Shown: piece by piece, positions 33,344 to 34,380 of the stretch
How positions within the stretch are numbered: the first letter of the stretch is position 1
Layout of the letters: each line of letters opens with the position of its first letter
NCBI GenBank assembly: GCA_046050105.1
Contig: JBJOQE010000042.1
Span: 1-34,380, forward strand
From: Candidatus Parcubacteria bacterium
GTDB lineage: Bacteria > Patescibacteriota > Minisyncoccia > Phycocordibacterales > UBA918
Reading direction: 5' to 3'
Length of the DNA: 34,380 nt
Position numbers and translations under genes: made by a program
Notes under the pieces: generated by a model
What the model saw: only the letters and a program-made list of their open reading frames with translations
Databases searched by the model: none
Told to the model about the DNA's origin: nothing

Positions 33344-34102
33344 ATGAATCACCCACACGATGAAATAGTCGCTATCTACGGCCGCCACGCGGTGTATGAA
33401 GCGGTAACCAAGGCACCTCATGCGGTAAAGCGCGTGCTCTATGAAGCAGGGCGACAGGATGACCAGATTAAGAACGCAGCTCGCGCTGCAGGCATACAAA
33501 TAGATGGTTTCCCCGTAGGGCAGGCCCCTCGCTCCATCCCGCATGATGCCGTACATCAAGGTTTTGTGGCGCTGGTTTCAGCTGACCGCCTGATGAAGCA
33601 GTACGACGAGTTCATGAAGACACTCGAGGTGACACCAAACACTGCACTCATTGTGCTCGGCGAGGTGCAGGACCCACATAACGTAGGGGCCGTCATACGC
33701 TCCGCGGCAGCCTTTGGCGTTGCGGCAGTCATTGTGCCCGAGCACCGCCAAGCACCGATTACGGGCACTGTGGTGAAAGTGTCTGCAGGTATGGCATTTC
33801 AGGTTCCCCTTATATCGGTAGGGAATGTCAACCAAACACTTCGCGACCTTAAGGAGCGTGGCTTCTGGACATACGGACTTGATGGGGAAGCGAAGCACAC
33901 CGTCACTGAAGAGCAATTTGAAAAGCCGTCAGTGTTTATCCTCGGCAACGAGGGAACGGGCATCCGTGAAAAGACGCTCGACCTCTGCGATATCACGCTC
34001 CGCATCCCGATGCATAAAGGCGCAGAGTCACTCAACGCTTCAGCCTCTGCTGCAGTGGCACTCTATGCATGGAGTGCTCGTCACCCTGGCGCACTCTCGT
34101 AG
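33344..34102 (+). CDS. rlmB: SpoU/TrmH-family RNA 2'-O-methyltransferase (RlmB-like)
   Basis: The motifs are GEVQDPHNVGAVIRSAAAFG, ILGNEGTGI and IPM.G..ESLNAS. TATGCT lies 7 nt upstream of the ATG at 33344; an alternative ATG is at 33332. Confidence 0.85.
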   Translation: MNHPHDEIVAIYGRHAVYEAVTKAPHAVKRVLYEAGRQDDQIKNAARAAGIQIDGFPVGQAPRSIPHDAVHQGFVALVSADRLMKQYDEFMKTLEVTPNTALIVLGEVQDPHNVGAVIRSAAAFGVAAVIVPEHRQAPITGTVVKVSAGMAFQVPLISVGNVNQTLRDLKERGFWTYGLDGEAKHTVTEEQFEKPSVFILGNEGTGIREKTLDLCDITLRIPMHKGAESLNASASAAVALYAWSARHPGALS

Positions 34103-34202
34103 AAGTACATAGTGTATAAACTCCGCGAGATGTGGGTTTTTATATATGAGAAAAGAGGTGTGCCTCTTGTCATCTCCAGCCCACAGGCATACAATCCCCA
34201 CC

Positions 34203-34380
34203 ATGAAAAATACTCTCTTTCTAGGCGGGGTACTTATGTTTTTGATGTGGGCCACCCCAACCTCCGCAGCTGTTATCTATCAGAATGACTTCTCCGCTCA
34301 ACCGACTCTCTTCACCGACGATACGAATGCATACCACTGGAACGAAGCGTCAGGCACGCTTTCTATGCGCCTGGTGCAAG
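34203..34380 (+). CDS. 5' end of a secreted hypothetical protein, truncated by the window edge
   Basis: It begins with the signal peptide MKNTLFLGGVLMFLMWATPTSAA. TACAAT lies 7 nt upstream of the ATG. Confidence 0.5.
   Translation, partial: MKNTLFLGGVLMFLMWATPTSAAVIYQNDFSAQPTLFTDDTNAYHWNEASGTLSMRLVQ

Overview
This 34.4-kb window is a compact, mostly plus-strand housekeeping region. By inference only, it resembles a small-genome Patescibacteria/CPR-like bacterium: there are pilin-like genes, many apparently leaderless genes, several envelope thiol-redox modules and no biosynthetic operons. RF2 is present and I saw no sign of UGA recoding, so the standard code applies. Confident genes are ligA, gatC, gatA, a thioredoxin-like protein plus a DsbB/BdbC-like protein, two tandem sugar-phosphate nucleotidyltransferases, phhB-like PCD, a frameshifted DEAD-box helicase, a short prfB, ftsE, ftsX, pyrG, a SET-domain protein, a YegP-like protein, an MFS transporter, a PG-binding acidic-repeat protein, a cytochrome b5-like protein, an L,D-transpeptidase, an XRE regulator with a membrane partner, a Met-rich thioredoxin plus a CcdA/DipZ-like fusion, a Pif1-family helicase, a SAM methyltransferase and rlmB. 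I folded six tRNAs by hand: two with anticodon CAT, plus Asp-GTC, Thr-GGT, Thr-CGT and Gln-CTG. The most unusual content is non-coding. Every tRNA neighbourhood carries direct and inverted copies of the adjacent tRNA's 3' end. These copies are joined to two conserved cores, X and Y, whose hairpin stems differ only by compensatory changes. There are also three tandem hairpin repeats that look like tRNA-Asp with an internal deletion. An AT-rich two-gene islet next to tRNA-Gln is bounded by related repeats. I could not assign these elements to any described family. No CRISPR array, reverse transcriptase, recombinase or recognisable defence operon is visible.
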